A DNA stretch of 64,000 nt from Dehalococcoidia bacterium. GTDB lineage: Bacteria; Chloroflexota; Dehalococcoidia; SM23-28-2. The DNA lies in contig DAOUEZ010000003.1 in the NCBI GenBank assembly GCA_034429995.1, forward strand, positions 187 to 64,186. The letters run 5' to 3'. Under the pieces are notes generated by a model, which was not told where the DNA came from, made no database searches, and was given only the letters and a program-made list of their open reading frames with translations. Positions 17,947 to 26,521 of the stretch are shown piece after piece (within the stretch, counting starts at the first letter, position 1; each line of letters begins with the position of its first letter). The position numbers and the translations under genes were made by a program.

Positions 17947-20358
17947 CTACTCCCCACCCCTCTCCGTCTTGATCCAGAGCTTGTGGCCGTCGGTGGATAT
18001 CTGCACGTCGCCGTGGCGGTCGGTGCGGAAGACGGGGCGGCTGCCCAGCCTGTCCAGCGTCTGGGGCGCTGGATGGCCGTACCAGTTGTCCTCGCCCACG
18101 GAGATGACGGCCGTCAGGGGCTCCACCGCCGCCAGGAAGGCGGTCGAGGTGGACGCGCCCGAGCCGTGGTGGGCCACCTTCAGCACGGGCGCGCGCATAT
18201 CAGCGTCGTTGCTTACCAGGTACGCTTCGCCCTCTGCTGCGATGTCCGCCGTCAGGAGGAAGGCGGCATCCCCCAGGCTGACCCTGAGCACCAGCGAGTT
18301 GTCGTCCTCGTCGGCGGCCGGCAAGAGTCCCGGCGGCGGGTGGAGCACGGAGAGGGTGGCGCCGCCGCCCAGGTCGAGCCACTGGCCGGCGAACGCCTCT
18401 CGCTGGGGGATATCCTCGGCGGCGATGGCCTCCTGCCAGGCGTGGAAGAGGGGGCAGTCCTTGGTCAGTGCAGGTGCAAGCACCTGGTCCACGTCGTAGC
18501 GCTCGAGGACGGTCACCAGGCCGGCCAGGTGGTCTTGGTCGGGGTGGGTGGATATTACCAGGTGGAGGTGGCGATCCCAGAACGGCAGGTGGCGGCCGAG
18601 AGCGGCGGTTATCGCTTCGCCGCTGGGGCCGCCGTCCACCAGGATGTTGTGGCCGGCTGGGCTGCGAATGAGGATGGCGTCGCCCTGGCCGATGTCGAGG
18701 AAGGTGACGCTCAGGCGGTCCCCGGGCGAACCCAAGATGACCAGCCAGACGAGGATCGTGGCCAGCGCCAGCACGATGGCGATGCCCAGGGTCGGTAGGA
18801 CGGCGAGCGGGCGGTTCAGGCCCGACAGGAGATCGCCGGCCCAGGCCGGCGGCTGAGGCAGGGTCAGCTTCGCCGGGCGGCGGGCCGTCAGCCAGACGAT
18901 GCCGGCGAGGGCGGCGTAGTAGGCCAGGGCATGGGTGCTGGTGAGGCCGTCGACTGATACAGCGGCGAAGGGGAGGTCGGCCAGCATCTGCACGACCGCC
19001 ACCATGTAGGCGACAGGGGCCCAGGTTATCCAGCCGAGGAAGGTGCCCAGGGTGGGGGCGATCATGCCGCCGGCGGCTGTCAGGGCCGAGCTGACCATTA
19101 TCACGGCGAAGGCGGGCACGGTCAGCAGGTTGGCCGGTATGGCGATGAGGGAGATGCGGTGAAAGTTGACAGCGATGATGGGCAGGGTGAAGGCGATGGC
19201 GGCCATGGTGACGGCCAGCAGCTCGATGACTGCTCGCAGGGGGCCTGCCAGCTCGCGGTCGGGGCTCCAGCGGGCGAGAGCCGCCTCGATGCGCGTCCGC
19301 AAGGGCGACGAGAAGACGGTGAGGCCGAGGGCGGAGGCAAAGCTAAGCTGAAAAGAGATGTCCTTCATGAGCGGCGGGTCGTAGGCTGTCATGCCAGCTC
19401 CCGCTAAGGCGAGCCCCTGGAGGGCACCGCTCTGGCGGCCGAGGGCGGTGGCCACGACGTACATACCGCCCATGATGGCCGCTCGCTGGACGGAGGGCTG
19501 GCCGCCCACAAGCATCGAGTAGGCGATGATGGCCAGCAGGGCCAGCCAGGCAGCGGGCCGGCGGCCGATGAGCCAGGCGAGGGCGGCGATGAATAGCCCC
19601 GCGACGAGGGTCACGTTGTAGCCGGAGACGGCGACCAGGTGAGAGGTATTGGTGTCGTTGAGGTCTTCCTTCAGGTCGTCGGGCAGGGAGGCTCGTCGGC
19701 CGAGGAGGATGCCCTGGGCGAGGGCGGCCTCGGGCTCCGGCAGGGCATCCTCGAGGGCTGAGGACAACTCGCCGCGCAGGTCGTAGATCCAGGTGCGGAT
19801 GGGGTTGCCCTGGCCTGTGTCGAGCAGGGACGTGCTGGGGTAGTTGACGATGGAGCCGATGCCCTGGCGGGCCAGGTAGTCGCGGTAGTTGAAGTCGTCG
19901 AGCACGGGCGGCGTCTCGAGCTTCCCCTCCAGCTCGAGGAGGTCGCCGTAGTCGTAGCGGGGGAAGAGGCCGCCGCGCATGAGAACGCCGCCGGAGGTGC
20001 TCTGCCAGCGGCCATCGACCAGCAGCTCGCGGACGGAGAGGCGCAGCCTGAGTGAGCTGCCCCGCTCGTCGGGCTCGCCGGAGACGACGGTGCGGAAGCG
20101 GACGGCAGGGCCATCGTTGTGGAGGGCGATCCCCTGGGGGTCGGCCGATGGCAGGCTCGACTGGTAGAGCCAGGCGCCGCCTACCAGAAGGGCGGCTGCC
20201 GTAGCGGCCCAGAGTAGGGCGAAGGCAGCGCGGCGGGTGGTCAGAGGTACGATGGCTGCCAGGAGAGCGGCGGCCGCTATGGCCCAGGGGCTGCCCTGGG
20301 CGAAGGCTGCCGCTGCCATGCCCAGCAGCCAGCAGAGGGCCAGGTAGCCAAGGATCAT
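17947..20358 (-). CDS. comEC: DNA internalization competence protein ComEC/Rec2 (with C-terminal metallo-beta-lactamase domain)
   Basis: Polytopic membrane N-terminal part and a C-terminal MBL motif VISTHPDQDHLAGL. Confidence 0.85.
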   Translation of the reverse strand: MILGYLALCWLLGMAAAAFAQGSPWAIAAAALLAAIVPLTTRRAAFALLWAATAAALLVGGAWLYQSSLPSADPQGIALHNDGPAVRFRTVVSGEPDERGSSLRLRLSVRELLVDGRWQSTSGGVLMRGGLFPRYDYGDLLELEGKLETPPVLDDFNYRDYLARQGIGSIVNYPSTSLLDTGQGNPIRTWIYDLRGELSSALEDALPEPEAALAQGILLGRRASLPDDLKEDLNDTNTSHLVAVSGYNVTLVAGLFIAALAWLIGRRPAAWLALLAIIAYSMLVGGQPSVQRAAIMGGMYVVATALGRQSGALQGLALAGAGMTAYDPPLMKDISFQLSFASALGLTVFSSPLRTRIEAALARWSPDRELAGPLRAVIELLAVTMAAIAFTLPIIAVNFHRISLIAIPANLLTVPAFAVIMVSSALTAAGGMIAPTLGTFLGWITWAPVAYMVAVVQMLADLPFAAVSVDGLTSTHALAYYAALAGIVWLTARRPAKLTLPQPPAWAGDLLSGLNRPLAVLPTLGIAIVLALATILVWLVILGSPGDRLSVTFLDIGQGDAILIRSPAGHNILVDGGPSGEAITAALGRHLPFWDRHLHLVISTHPDQDHLAGLVTVLERYDVDQVLAPALTKDCPLFHAWQEAIAAEDIPQREAFAGQWLDLGGGATLSVLHPPPGLLPAADEDDNSLVLRVSLGDAAFLLTADIAAEGEAYLVSNDADMRAPVLKVAHHGSGASTSTAFLAAVEPLTAVISVGEDNWYGHPAPQTLDRLGSRPVFRTDRHGDVQISTDGHKLWIKTERGGE

Positions 20359-20921
20359 GGCCCTACGGTGATCAGGTCGCGGATCTGGTCGAATACGGAC
20401 TGGGGGATGAGCTTGCGCTCGACGAGCTCTTCGATGCGAGAGAAGGGGCCGTCGCGCTCGCGGGAATCGACGATGCTCTGGGAGCGCATCTCGCCGATGC
20501 CGGGGAGGGAGTCAAGGACGGCGGCGGGGGCCGTGTTGATGTCAACCAGCTCGTTCTGCGAGGCCTGGGCGGAGCCCAGGACTGCCTGCTCGCCGAGGCG
20601 GGGCACCAGCACCTGGTCCTCGTCGTGCAGGCGGCGGGCGAGGTTGATGGCCTCCACGTCGGCATCCGCGGCGGGGCCGCCGGCGGCCTCGACGGCGTCT
20701 ATCCAGCGGTCGCCATCGTTGAGGAAGTAGACACCGGGACGATTCACGGCGCCGGCGATGTAGACCTGAATTTCGGAGGCAGAGGGCGTTTCGCCCAGGT
20801 TGATCTCTAACGGCTGTGGGCCCTGCAATTGCCTATCGACAAAGGCGCCCATGCCAATAAGCAGGGGCGCAGCCATCAGGGCGATGACCAGCCAGCGATA
20901 GCGCTCCACCCAGGCAAGCAA
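20355..20921 (-). CDS. comEA: Competence protein ComEA (helix-hairpin-helix DNA-binding)
   Basis: N-terminal TM segment, SLBB-like region (QVYIAGAVNRPGVY) and C-terminal HhH (VDINTAPAAVLDSLPGIG). The gene overlaps the comEC start by 4 nt. Confidence 0.8.
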   Translation of the reverse strand: MLAWVERYRWLVIALMAAPLLIGMGAFVDRQLQGPQPLEINLGETPSASEIQVYIAGAVNRPGVYFLNDGDRWIDAVEAAGGPAADADVEAINLARRLHDEDQVLVPRLGEQAVLGSAQASQNELVDINTAPAAVLDSLPGIGEMRSQSIVDSRERDGPFSRIEELVERKLIPQSVFDQIRDLITVGP

Positions 20922-21218
20922 AGGCAGACCCCTTGGTGAGAAATGGCTATGGCGATAGCTAGCCTTGGTTCCGCAATATAGGGGGTTACTTGCTCCTCGT
21001 CAAGGGCGGCGCTCTCTCGCGCCAAGGGCCTGTTGCGCTCGAAATCTATCCGAATGCAAAGCCGTTCCTTACGACCTGGGCTGGCCAGGCCATCTTGTCA
21101 GCCGTTGCCGCTGCGGGTAGAATGGCGGCAGCGACCATCAGACCGCGCAGGTGTAGGTGGAGGGCTTGACCCTGGGGTCGCCAATGTCTGCTCAGCTCAC
21201 TGTAGAGGAGGGCGCCTT

Positions 21219-22772
21219 ATGATTGTCTCCGGATACTGGCCCAGCCAGGCCCCCTACGAGGAGGTTCCTCTCCCGGAGCTGCTGCGCCGGTCTGTGGAGC
21301 GCTTCGGCGACAAGCCAGCCCTGATCGGCGCCGATGGCACCACGCGCACCTACCGCGACCTCTGGAGCTACGCCAGCAAGGTGGCGCGTTTCCTGCAGGA
21401 CCACGGCATCGAGAAGGGCGATAAGGTGGGCATCTTCTCGCCCAACCACGTCGACTACGCCTCTGTCTTCTATGGCATCCTCCTGGCTGGCGCCACGGTC
21501 ACCACCCTCAACCCCCTCTACCGGGAGCGTGAGATCGAGCACCAGTTGGACGACGCAGAGGCGGTGGCCCTCTTCGTTTTCAGCCCCATGGCCGCCCCGG
21601 TGGAAGCGGCCCGTCGGAATCTGCCCCGTTTGCGCCACGTCTGGCCGATGGACAGCCTGCCGGACCTGCTGGCGGGCGTCCCCGAGGAGTACCGGCCGGT
21701 GGCTATCAACGCCCGCGAGGACCTGGCCGTGCTCCCCTACTCCAGCGGCACAACGGGCCTTCCCAAGGGGGTGATGCTCACTCACTACAATATCACCAGC
21801 GCCGTCAAGCAGTGCCTGGCGACCGAGCAGCTAACGTCGGACGCCGTCGGGCTGTGTGTGCTGCCCTTCTTCCATATCTACGGGATGACGGTGCTGTTGA
21901 GCGCGGGTCTGGCCCTGGGAACCACCGGCATCGTCATGATGCGGTTCGACGTGGAGGCGATGCTGCACCTGGTGGGTAAGTATGGCATAACCAACCTCTA
22001 CCTGGCGCCGCCAGCGGTGCTGGCTATGGCCAACGTGCCGGATCGCTCTCGCTTCGACACCTCTTGCCTGCGGGTAGTCGTTTCGGCGGCGGGGCCCCTG
22101 CCTGTGGAGGTGGCGAAGCAAGTGAAGTCCATCTACGGGTGCCTGGTGTCGCAGGGCTACGGCCTCACCGAGAGCAGCCCCACCGCCAACACCAACCCCC
22201 TGGAGCGCATCAAGCTGGAGTCCTGCGGCCCGCCCTTCGCCGATACCTTCGAGAAGATCGTGAGCCTGGACACTGGGGAGGAGCTGCCCGCTGGCGAGGT
22301 CGGGGAGGTGGCGCTGCGAGGCCCGCAGGTGATGAAGGGCTACTGGAAGCGTCCGAAGGAGACCGCCGAGTGCCTCAGCGAGGACGGCTGGCTGCTCACC
22401 GGGGACATCGGCTGGCTAGACGAGGACGGCTACCTGTACATCCTCGACCGCAAGAAGGAGATGATCAAGTACAAGGGCTACCAGGTGGCCCCGGCCGAGC
22501 TGGAGGCCGTCCTCCACGAGCACCCAGCCGTCGTCGACGCTGCCGTCATCCCTAAGCGCCACCTGGAGGGCGGTGAGATCCCCAAGGCCTTGGTCGTGCT
22601 CAGGGAGGGGTTCGAGGCCAGCCCCGAAGAGCTGATGGCCTTCGTGGCGGAGAAGGTGGCGCCCTATAAGAAGATCCGCGAGGTGGAGTACGTGTCGGAG
22701 ATTCCTAAGTCGGCCGCCGGCAAGATCCTCCGCCGTGACCTCATCGAGCGGGAGCGTGGCAGAAAGGGCTGA
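21219..22772 (+). CDS. AMP-dependent acyl-/aryl-CoA ligase (4-coumarate-CoA ligase-like)
   Basis: AMP-binding motifs LPYSSGTTGLPKGVMLTH, GYGLTE and GWLLTGDIG...YKGYQVAPAELE. The start is placed at ATG 21219, in frame with the track ORF that starts at 21033. Confidence 0.8.
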   Translation: MIVSGYWPSQAPYEEVPLPELLRRSVERFGDKPALIGADGTTRTYRDLWSYASKVARFLQDHGIEKGDKVGIFSPNHVDYASVFYGILLAGATVTTLNPLYREREIEHQLDDAEAVALFVFSPMAAPVEAARRNLPRLRHVWPMDSLPDLLAGVPEEYRPVAINAREDLAVLPYSSGTTGLPKGVMLTHYNITSAVKQCLATEQLTSDAVGLCVLPFFHIYGMTVLLSAGLALGTTGIVMMRFDVEAMLHLVGKYGITNLYLAPPAVLAMANVPDRSRFDTSCLRVVVSAAGPLPVEVAKQVKSIYGCLVSQGYGLTESSPTANTNPLERIKLESCGPPFADTFEKIVSLDTGEELPAGEVGEVALRGPQVMKGYWKRPKETAECLSEDGWLLTGDIGWLDEDGYLYILDRKKEMIKYKGYQVAPAELEAVLHEHPAVVDAAVIPKRHLEGGEIPKALVVLREGFEASPEELMAFVAEKVAPYKKIREVEYVSEIPKSAAGKILRRDLIERERGRKG

Positions 22773-22818
22773 GTGAGTCGGCGCCTCCGCTCATACCAGG
22801 CGCCAGCGCTGATAGCGG

Positions 22819-22849
22819 CAACCGCGCCGAGCAAAGCTCGGCGCGGTTG
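22819..22849. terminator. Perfect 14 bp GC-rich stem / 3 nt loop hairpin between convergent genes
   Basis: CAACCGCGCCGAGC-aaa-GCTCGGCGCGGTTG. There is no clear T-tract, which is common in high-GC genomes. Confidence 0.45.
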
Positions 22850-22890
22850 GCTGCAACGGGTTGTTAGACGGCGGCTGGGCCACAGCGGTC

Positions 22891-23424
22891 TTATTTATAG
22901 CCAAGCTCGGGCGAAAGGCGAACGTTACTTGGCGTAAAAGTGCCACTGCCTCGGCCGATTTCCCGCCCATCCGAGTTAACTAACACGGACTCCGCTATAA
23001 AGAAACGTCGGGAACGGTGGACTACTCGACCAGTCGCTTTGATTTTGCCTTCCGAAATGGGGCGAGTGAGGTATAGGTTGAAGGAGACGGTTAGCACAAA
23101 AGCGTCGTCAACCAGTGAGTTGACGGCGAAAAAAGCGGCGTCATCGAGCGCCTTGAAATACACCAAACCATGGACGGCGCCGCCTGCGTGAAAGAAATCC
23201 GGGCGCACCGGGATAATCACCTCTGCCTGCCCCTCGCTCACTCGCATCGTTGGGGCGTAGTATTCGTTCACCGGTGCGGAAGCATACATCCGCTCTAGCT
23301 TTCGGTAATGCTCCTCTTTGGGCAGTTCGTACCTCCTCCTGCGGTTGGCCGGCGCGGCGGCGCTCCGGATCCGGGGGGTGCCCCCTAGTCCCTGAACGAG
23401 ATTATTTCCCCGAAGTACTCCCAC
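22891..23424 (-). CDS. PaaI-family hotdog-fold thioesterase
   Basis: The region FHAGGAVHGLVYFKALDDAA is the PaaI signature. The start is uncertain; ATG 23289 is plausible. The local GC content is visibly lower (~53%) than the flanks. Confidence 0.7.
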   Translation of the reverse strand: MGVLRGNNLVQGLGGTPRIRSAAAPANRRRRYELPKEEHYRKLERMYASAPVNEYYAPTMRVSEGQAEVIIPVRPDFFHAGGAVHGLVYFKALDDAAFFAVNSLVDDAFVLTVSFNLYLTRPISEGKIKATGRVVHRSRRFFIAESVLVNSDGREIGRGSGTFTPSNVRLSPELGYK

Positions 23425-24659
23425 TCGCCATCGTGAGCCCTCAGCATCCTCATGGCTTCGGTGGCCAGGTGGTCTGTCGGGCTGAGAGTGATGGTGATAC
23501 CGGGCAGCTCGAGCTCGAGCCGGTAGTCCTTAAAGCAGTGGACGGCATCCATCAGGCCCTCTCGCGTCAGGTTGTCACAGGTCCTCCGCAGAGCCTCGAC
23601 GGTCAATAGCGCCGCCTCTTGACCGACGATGGTGAAGTTGCCGGCGGGGTAGTCCCCGTACTCGTTCATGATCCGGTGGTGCTCTGCTACGTCCGGGTCG
23701 TCAGTCCAGTGCGAGAGCTTGTTGCCCTGAAGAGTAATGACCCCCTCCATGAGCTCCGGCGAGGCATAGAGGAACATCATGGGGTCAGAATTGACGTAGT
23801 CGACGAAGAACTGGGGATGCCAGCCCAGGCGGTCGGCCTCCTTGATGAGCTGAGCAGAGGTCGGTGGGTTACTGGCGCTGACCACCACTTCTGCGCCAGC
23901 ATTCTTTAGGCTATTGACCTGGGACCGGATGCTGATGTCGGTGAGCTCATAGCTTTGCTCGGACACCAGTTCGTTCTTGTCGGGGTCGAGGCCGTTCTTC
24001 AGACCGGCCAGCACATCCTCGCCCCAGTCGGAGTTCTCGCGGAGGATGCCGACCTTCTTGCCGGGCATATTTTCGGAGATGTACTTGCCGACGATCGTCC
24101 CCTCGACATAGTAGTCCGGCAGGAAGGGAACCGACCAGGGGTACTTTTCGGGGTCCGCAGCCCACTTGTGGGCCCCCGACATGATCCACAGGTCGGGCAC
24201 TCCTCTTTCGTTGAGGTCCTCCCAGACGGCCGAATGAGCGGCCGTCCCCATGCCGGCGACGATAGCGAAGACCTTGTCTCGCTCAAGCAGCTTCTTGACC
24301 GCCTCGACCGCTTTGGCTGGGAGGTACTGATCGTCCTCCACCTTGAAGACGATCTGGCGGCCGCAGACGCCCCCTTCCTCGGCATTGACGTACCTGAAGT
24401 AGGCTTCGACGCCGCCGATGACAGGAGCGTACGCCGCCCCCCAGGTGCCGCTACGGGGGCCGTGCATCCCCAGGATTATCTCCGTGTCGGTAATGCCCTC
24501 GACCTCGCCCACAGCGGTAGGAGTGCCCGTCGCTGCAGCGGTAGGTGTGCCAGTGGGGGTTCCCTCCTCTTCTTCCTCCTCCTCGCAGGCCACTGCCACT
24601 ACCAGCAACAGCGCTGCTAGGGCGAGGAAGATCAGCGAGAATTTGCCTAGCTTCCGCAC
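23385..24659 (-). CDS. ABC transporter substrate-binding lipoprotein, branched-chain amino acid (LivJ/LivK) family
   Basis: Lipobox LVVAVAC followed by an acidic/Thr-Pro-rich linker (EEEEEEEGTPTGTPT), then a periplasmic-binding type I fold. No permease or ATPase genes lie nearby. Confidence 0.8.
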   Translation of the reverse strand: MRKLGKFSLIFLALAALLLVVAVACEEEEEEEGTPTGTPTAAATGTPTAVGEVEGITDTEIILGMHGPRSGTWGAAYAPVIGGVEAYFRYVNAEEGGVCGRQIVFKVEDDQYLPAKAVEAVKKLLERDKVFAIVAGMGTAAHSAVWEDLNERGVPDLWIMSGAHKWAADPEKYPWSVPFLPDYYVEGTIVGKYISENMPGKKVGILRENSDWGEDVLAGLKNGLDPDKNELVSEQSYELTDISIRSQVNSLKNAGAEVVVSASNPPTSAQLIKEADRLGWHPQFFVDYVNSDPMMFLYASPELMEGVITLQGNKLSHWTDDPDVAEHHRIMNEYGDYPAGNFTIVGQEAALLTVEALRRTCDNLTREGLMDAVHCFKDYRLELELPGITITLSPTDHLATEAMRMLRAHDGEWEYFGEIISFRD

Positions 24660-24918
24660 GGCTGCATCACCCTCCTCTCTTTGGATATTTCGTGCCTGTT
24701 TCCCATGGCCGCTATGCTGGGCAACCGCGGCAGGCCCATGCTACTCCCAGGCGTGAGGGCTGGCAAGGAGGCGTGATCGTCGCTGAGGGCGGCTAGGGCG
24801 AAGGTAGGGGCAGGTCTGCGGCGACAGAACGTGCAGGGCCACGGGTTCCCTTAATAGGCAAAGGGCTTTCGATGATGCTATGATGCTGTAGTTAGCGCGA
24901 TGAGGGAGGTCAAGGCCG

Positions 24919-25680
24919 ATGATAAACAAGATCGTGGGCAGCTTCGATGAGGCCGTGGCCGGTATGTCAGACGGGGCCACTGTTCTCATCGCTGGGTTCG
25001 GCGGGCCGGCAGAGTGCCCTAGCTACCTGATCGCCGCCGTGGCCCGAAGAGGGGTCAAGGAGCTGACCATCGTGGGGAACACCGGCGGCTGGGGTGTGGA
25101 CCTGCTGGAGATATTGCGCCAGCGGATGGCGGTCATCCTGAAGATCCCCGAGGACTGGTACGACCCCGGCCTGCTGGTGGAGCGGGGGCAGGTGAAGAAG
25201 GGCATCCTGGCCTTTCCTGCCGCGCCCGCCCGCGTTCTCACCCCGTTCGAGCAAGGGGTGCTGCAGGGCAAGGTGGAGCTGGAGCTTCTGGGCCAGGGGA
25301 CGATATGCGAGAGGATACGGGCGGCCAAGGGGGGCATCGCTGCCTTCTACACGCCGGTGGGCGTGGGCACCATCGTGGAGGAGGGTAAGGAGGTGCGGGA
25401 GTTCAACGGCCGCAAGTACCTCCTCGAGCATGCCCTGAAGAGCGACTTCGCCCTCATCCGCGCCCACAAGGCGGATAGGTACGGGAACCTGGTCTATCGG
25501 GGGACAGCGCGGACGTTCAACCCGGTCATGGCTGGTGCTTCTACGGTCACTGTGGCTGAGGTGGACGAGGTGGTGGAGCTGGGGGAGCTGGACCCGGAGT
25601 GCGTCGTGACCCCCGGCGTGTATGTGCAGCGGGTGGTGGTGAGGCCCAAGGAGCCCAGGCCCTGGGATGAGGCCATGTAG
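24919..25680 (+). CDS. 3-oxoacid CoA-transferase subunit A
   Basis: Family I CoA-transferase alpha subunit (GFGGPAECPSYLI...ALIRAHKADRYGNL). Confidence 0.85.
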   Translation: MINKIVGSFDEAVAGMSDGATVLIAGFGGPAECPSYLIAAVARRGVKELTIVGNTGGWGVDLLEILRQRMAVILKIPEDWYDPGLLVERGQVKKGILAFPAAPARVLTPFEQGVLQGKVELELLGQGTICERIRAAKGGIAAFYTPVGVGTIVEEGKEVREFNGRKYLLEHALKSDFALIRAHKADRYGNLVYRGTARTFNPVMAGASTVTVAEVDEVVELGELDPECVVTPGVYVQRVVVRPKEPRPWDEAM

Positions 25681-25701
25681 GGAAGAGAGGGAGGGAGAAT
25701 C

Positions 25702-26373
25702 ATGGCAGGCGAAAGGCTAGACGAGCAGACCATGGCCATCCGAGCGGCTAAAGAGTTCCAGGATGGGATGATAGTCAACCTGGGGGTGGGAATACCCACC
25801 TACTGCAGCAACTTCGTGCCGCCGGAGCGGGAGGTGCTGTTCCACTCGGAGAACGGGGTGATCGGGTTCGGGCCGATCATCGACAACCCCGACGAGTCCG
25901 ACGCGAACCTGATCAACGCTGGCGCGCAGCCCATATCGAGCAAGCCGGGGATGGCCATCATGGATCATGCGGAGAGCTTTTGCATCATTCGCGGCGGCCA
26001 CGTGGATATCACCGTCCTTGGGGCGGTGCAGGTGTCGGAGAAGGGGGACCTGGCTAACTACATCATCCCTGGCAAGCAGATCGGGAGCCTTGGGGGAGGG
26101 CAGGATCTGGCTTTCAGCGCCAAGAAGGTGATCGCCCTGACCACCTTTGCCACCAAGGAGGGCCAGCCCAAGATCGTCAAGGAGTGTACGCAGCCGCTCA
26201 CGGCGCCGCGGTGCGTGGGCCAGATCATCACCGATATCGCTGTCATGGACGTAACCCCGGAGGGGCTGGTGCTGCGGGAGGTGGCCCCTGGTTGGACGGC
26301 GGAGGAGGTGCAGGCCCTAACGGACGCCAGGATCATCGTGCCGCCTGACCTCGAGGAGATGACTCTGCTGTAG
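25702..26373 (+). CDS. 3-oxoacid CoA-transferase subunit B
   Basis: Beta subunit with NLGVGIPT and the SENGVIGFGP region, which carries the catalytic Glu. Confidence 0.85.
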   Translation: MAGERLDEQTMAIRAAKEFQDGMIVNLGVGIPTYCSNFVPPEREVLFHSENGVIGFGPIIDNPDESDANLINAGAQPISSKPGMAIMDHAESFCIIRGGHVDITVLGAVQVSEKGDLANYIIPGKQIGSLGGGQDLAFSAKKVIALTTFATKEGQPKIVKECTQPLTAPRCVGQIITDIAVMDVTPEGLVLREVAPGWTAEEVQALTDARIIVPPDLEEMTLL

Positions 26374-26521
26374 GGGGCTGGCCTGAGCGCTACGCCCAAA
26401 CTGACGACATACAGTCCACTGTCTTAAGCCGCCTGGAGACCCGCTACCAGTGGAAGCTATAATGTGGGAGCTATAGTAGGGGGGTGCTCAGTGCCCCTCA
26501 ATGGGCGTCTGAAGGGGGAGC

